A model generated the notes under the pieces. It did not search any database and had not been told where the DNA came from. It was given only the letters and a program-made list of their open reading frames with translations. Position numbers and translations under genes: made by a program. Positions 47,128 to 50,212 of a stretch of DNA of 50,212 nt are shown piece after piece. The stretch is from the IMG/VR virus record IMGVR_UViG_3300037048_000045, positions 1 to 50,212 of that record. One strand, 5' to 3'. The stretch's first letter is position 1. Each line of letters starts with the position of its first letter. The DNA comes from a virus. Lineage: Duplodnaviria; Caudoviricetes.

Positions 47128-47380
47128 AAAAGACCGGTATTTTGAGTTGCGCGAAGGCGGCCCCTACGATGCGCCGGGGGAAACGGGGGAGATGTTCAAG
47201 TGTACCGACTGCGGCGCGGAGACGCATCCCGCGGAAGGCTGGAACGGCGCGCCGAACCCGCACAGATGTCACCCTGGTTGCCGGGCAAACCACGGCGACT
47301 GGAAGATCGGGGGGGCCGGCCGGACATACAGAAAGAACTTTGACCGGATATTCCCGGATGCCCCCGGCGCGGGATTGTAG
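47111..47380 (+). CDS. Small Cys/His (zinc-ribbon-like) protein
   Basis: GGAGG RBS; CTDC...HRCHPGC. Confidence 0.55.
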   Translation: MARKGKKDRYFELREGGPYDAPGETGEMFKCTDCGAETHPAEGWNGAPNPHRCHPGCRANHGDWKIGGAGRTYRKNFDRIFPDAPGAGL

Positions 47381-47382
47381 AA

Positions 47383-47553
47383 ATGCTGATAAAAAAGATC
47401 AACCCGAGGACGAAACGCAAGGAATACGCCCTGGTATCGATGGACGGAGGGAAGGTGCTTCAGTATTTCGGGAAGGTCAGGCCGACGGAGGCGGAGGTCG
47501 CAAAGGTTGAGACGCGGGTGGAATACTACAAGAACAAGGGAAAGAGTCAATAA
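47383..47553 (+). CDS. Small basic protein (56 aa, not in ORF track)
   Basis: MLIKKINPRTKRKEYALVS...YYKNKGKSQ fills the gap before portal. Confidence 0.45.
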   Translation: MLIKKINPRTKRKEYALVSMDGGKVLQYFGKVRPTEAEVAKVETRVEYYKNKGKSQ

Positions 47554-47586
47554 ATAGGTATCTGCCCCTATTTAAGAAGGCGAAAG

Positions 47587-49530
47587 ATGGAACTCACAGA
47601 CCCGAGAACCGAAGAATTGTTGAAGCGCGCGCGGGAAATCGAGCGGTCGCAGGACCAGACCGTAGCGGCGCCGATGGACGAGAAAGAGCTGGCCGAACGC
47701 GAGGAGGCCGCAAGGGCCTACGCGGGCGAACAGGAAAAGCACTTTGTCGATTATCTCCAGGACTGTGTAAAGCAATCGACGACGGCCATGGAGGAGATCC
47801 GCAAGACGCAACTGGCCTGCTACGATGTTTACAAGGAAAACAAGCCGGTTTCATACAGCAAAAAAGAGCCCTGGCAGTCACAGATCGTCATCCCGAAGCC
47901 GTTCGCCACGGTCCAGTACGGCGCGGCGGCGGTGAAAAAGGCATTCTCGCCGAAATTCCTCACCGTCCGCAATCCAAAAAGCGAAATCTCCGGCCGGTTC
48001 TGGCAAAAGGTCATGGACGACCAACTGAACGAACAGGCCGCAAACTTTCCGATCCGGCTTACCGACGCCACGACCATGTCGCTTGCGATCGGCGTCTCGA
48101 TGGAGATGATCCCGCGCTTCGTTCCCGGCCGCGGGCTGGAGTATTGCCTGGTCGAGCCGTGGAAGATCCACCGCGACCCGGATTCGATGAGTCGTGACAA
48201 TCAGTCGGGGATGTACTGGATCCACCAGGAATATCTGGATTGGTATATCCTCAAGGAGGGCGAAAAAAACGGGCAGTATCGCAACGTGGATCGTAGCATT
48301 GAAGAGACGCCGACCACCGACGACGATTCTTTTTTAACGAAAGACGCGATTGCCGAGCGAAAAAAGCAGATCTGGAAGAGATCGGACTTTCGCAAAATGG
48401 TGCAAGTCTCCGAGTTCTGGGGCACGATCCTGGGGCCGAAAGGCGATCTCCTGCTGCCCAACGCGCGCTACACCGTCGCGGGTGGCCGGGTGATACGCCT
48501 GCCGGAAAAAAACAACTACCCCACGCTCCGCTGGCCCGGGTGCGCCTTTTCTCCCATGCCCGATCTGCTCTGTTTCGGCGGTCGCGGGCTTCTGGAAGGG
48601 ATTCTGACGGTGTGGGAGGCGATGTGCAACATTATGTGCCTGCACCAGGATTATCTGCTGTGGATCGTCAACCCGATGCACGAGATCAATATCGACGCGC
48701 TGGACAACCCCGCTGACGTCAAGACCTATCCCGGCAAAGAATATCTGACCAGGGACACGGCCCACGGTCAACAGGCGGTCCGGTCCGTGCAACGTCGCTT
48801 TGTCACGAACGAGATCCTGGCCAATCTGCAATACCACGACCAGAATTTTCAGCGCGGTTCGCTGGTTACAGACAGCGTCCAGGGCCTGCCGGGGTTCCGG
48901 AAGGATATAACCTACCGGGAATCGGCGCAGAACCTCGACCAGGCGCTGGGCGTGTACAGCCTCATGGGAGAGAACATCGAGTCGGGCGCCATTGCCGCGA
49001 TCTGCGCGGGCGCGGAGATGATCCATCACCATGCTGGCTATAAGGATTACCAGCGCATTTTTACGGATAAAGAGTTGGCAGAGTTCGGGATAGTCCCGGA
49101 TGCCGGCGCGCCGAACGCCGTCCGTGGCGTTCCGCCGATTGACGGCGCGTTCCATGTCAGCGGCATGCAGGCGCTCATGCGAGAGACCGAAGCGTTGATG
49201 AACATCCGCACGTTGATCCTGCCGTTGCTCGATAAGGGCAACACTATTTTTGCGCCATACCTGCGGCCTTACGAAATTCTGCGGGCAATCGAGGTCCGGA
49301 CGAATCTGCGCGACGAAAACATTATTGTATCCGAAAAAGAGGCCCGGCAGATACAGGCACAGCAGTATCAACAACTGGCCGCAGAACAGGAGGCCGCAGC
49401 GCGGCAGCAGGAATTCGTCGAGGCATCCCAGGCCGCGGATTTGATGCAGAAGGTTGACCAGATCGGCGGGCCGAGTCCGGGGATTGAGGCTGCGCCCGGC
49501 GTACCGGAAGGAGGGGAAATCAATGCTTAA
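47587..49530 (+). CDS. Portal protein (podovirus-like)
   Basis: 647 aa after terL; Gln-rich helical C-terminus. Confidence 0.75.
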   Translation: MELTDPRTEELLKRAREIERSQDQTVAAPMDEKELAEREEAARAYAGEQEKHFVDYLQDCVKQSTTAMEEIRKTQLACYDVYKENKPVSYSKKEPWQSQIVIPKPFATVQYGAAAVKKAFSPKFLTVRNPKSEISGRFWQKVMDDQLNEQAANFPIRLTDATTMSLAIGVSMEMIPRFVPGRGLEYCLVEPWKIHRDPDSMSRDNQSGMYWIHQEYLDWYILKEGEKNGQYRNVDRSIEETPTTDDDSFLTKDAIAERKKQIWKRSDFRKMVQVSEFWGTILGPKGDLLLPNARYTVAGGRVIRLPEKNNYPTLRWPGCAFSPMPDLLCFGGRGLLEGILTVWEAMCNIMCLHQDYLLWIVNPMHEINIDALDNPADVKTYPGKEYLTRDTAHGQQAVRSVQRRFVTNEILANLQYHDQNFQRGSLVTDSVQGLPGFRKDITYRESAQNLDQALGVYSLMGENIESGAIAAICAGAEMIHHHAGYKDYQRIFTDKELAEFGIVPDAGAPNAVRGVPPIDGAFHVSGMQALMRETEALMNIRTLILPLLDKGNTIFAPYLRPYEILRAIEVRTNLRDENIIVSEKEARQIQAQQYQQLAAEQEAAARQQEFVEASQAADLMQKVDQIGGPSPGIEAAPGVPEGGEINA

Positions 49531-49846
49531 CTCCGGTGTCAAGGTTGATCCGCTTACCGGCAGGCCGTTGGAACAGGTGACTACCGAGCGCGAAAGTGCA
49601 AACGAGAAGCAGCAGGAGACCATGCTCAAAGAGCAGGCCGACTGGTTTGATGTGACGAAGACCGAAGCCGGCGCGAAAATCATCGCATTGGTGGAGGGTA
49701 AACTGACGGCCAGGATTGATGCGCTGATCAAGGAGGATGCAGAGGCCGCGGCCTATGTCAAGATCCTGCAGGAGATGGGCATCAAGGAAGGGCTCGCGCG
49801 CGTTGCCGCACAGCAGCTTTTTGACCGCTACATCAAAAGGGAGTGA
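49523..49846 (+). CDS. Hypothetical protein downstream of portal
   Basis: GGAGG RBS, overlaps portal stop. Confidence 0.6.
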   Translation: MLNSGVKVDPLTGRPLEQVTTERESANEKQQETMLKEQADWFDVTKTEAGAKIIALVEGKLTARIDALIKEDAEAAAYVKILQEMGIKEGLARVAAQQLFDRYIKRE

Positions 49847-49859
49847 TGAGGGATTAAGC

Positions 49860-49886
49860 CTGGATTCCCGCTTTCGCGGGAATGAC
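49860..49886 (+). repeat. REP/RPE-like palindrome CTGGATTCCCGCTTTCGCGGGAATGAC
   Basis: ATTCCCGC-TTTC-GCGGGAAT hairpin resembling dRS3/RPE-type repeats. Confidence 0.6.
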
Positions 49887-49939
49887 CGGGGAAAGAATGA
49901 TTATCCCGCCCTGATCAGGCGAGCGATAGCCAAAGAATG

Positions 49940-49985
49940 GAGGGTGCATGTCGGCTGCCGACCCCGCGTGCATCCTCTTTTTTTT
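49940..49985 (+). terminator. Hairpin plus T-tract
   Basis: GAGGGTGCA...TGCATCCTC followed by T8. Confidence 0.55.
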
Positions 49986-50063
49986 GGCACAAAGACAAGG
50001 GCAGAAAAAAAACGGTTAAAACGGCCCCCGGGAACCGGGAATACGCCGACAGGAGGATAGGCT

Positions 50064-50212
50064 ATGACGCAAATGAAAACCGACGAGGAAATGCAGAACA
50101 CACCCGACCTCGACCAGGCCATGAAGGAACCGCAGATCACGTTCGACGGGGGAGACCCCGAGGCCGCTGCCGCACCGATCATCACTGGAACCCCGGGTCC
50201 TGACAGGGCAAC
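50064..50212 (+). CDS. Probable scaffolding protein, truncated by window end
   Basis: AGGAGG RBS; acidic Pro-rich start MTQMKTDEEMQNTPD; position after portal. Confidence 0.45.
   Translation, partial: MTQMKTDEEMQNTPDLDQAMKEPQITFDGGDPEAAAAPIITGTPGPDRA

Larger units (their letters stand above)
1..50212. mobile_element. Temperate tailed phage genome (partial, circularly permuted), podovirus-like, apparently excised form
   Basis: Terminase, portal, integrase, repressor/cro, primase-helicase, lysis and tail genes; no host housekeeping genes; attP flanked by phage genes on both sides; no sheath or tape-measure gene recognised. Confidence 0.93.

Noticed and set aside
2537-49731. Long minus-strand ORFs (e.g. 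2537-3865, 17173-18408, 23272-24531, 37453-38538, 43195-44280, 48334-49731)
   Set aside because: Antisense shadows of well-supported plus-strand genes in GC-rich DNA, with no recognisable motifs

Overview
This window is most of a temperate, probably podovirus-like phage genome, apparently in its excised (circular) state, since an intact attP (3' half of tRNA-Lys CTT) lies between the lysis genes and a tyrosine integrase. Gene order: tail nozzle-like protein, putative ejection proteins, a 3601-aa polyvalent protein, moron, c4-like RNA + Rha, tail/structural genes, a diversity-generating retroelement (DGR), lysis, attP/int, repressor/cro, early genes, primase-helicase, C5 methyltransferase, serine recombinase, terminase, portal. 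Best supported: a DGR (RT 28011-29105, TR 27756-27875) with two variable regions differing from TR only at adenines. VR1 is in a tail receptor-binding gene. VR2 is 8.6 kb away in an early-operon paralogue, out of frame, with an apparent deletion at a TR microhomology. Other highlights: (1) a ~140-bp inverted repeat pair (18665-18803 / 42630-42768) near the serine recombinase, with a duplicated 108-bp promoter-like element on each side, suggesting a flippable genome half; (2) a ~71-aa module inserted in three different virion proteins; (3) an Acb1-like 2H phosphoesterase domain in the giant protein. All family assignments are from motifs read by eye; no searches were run.
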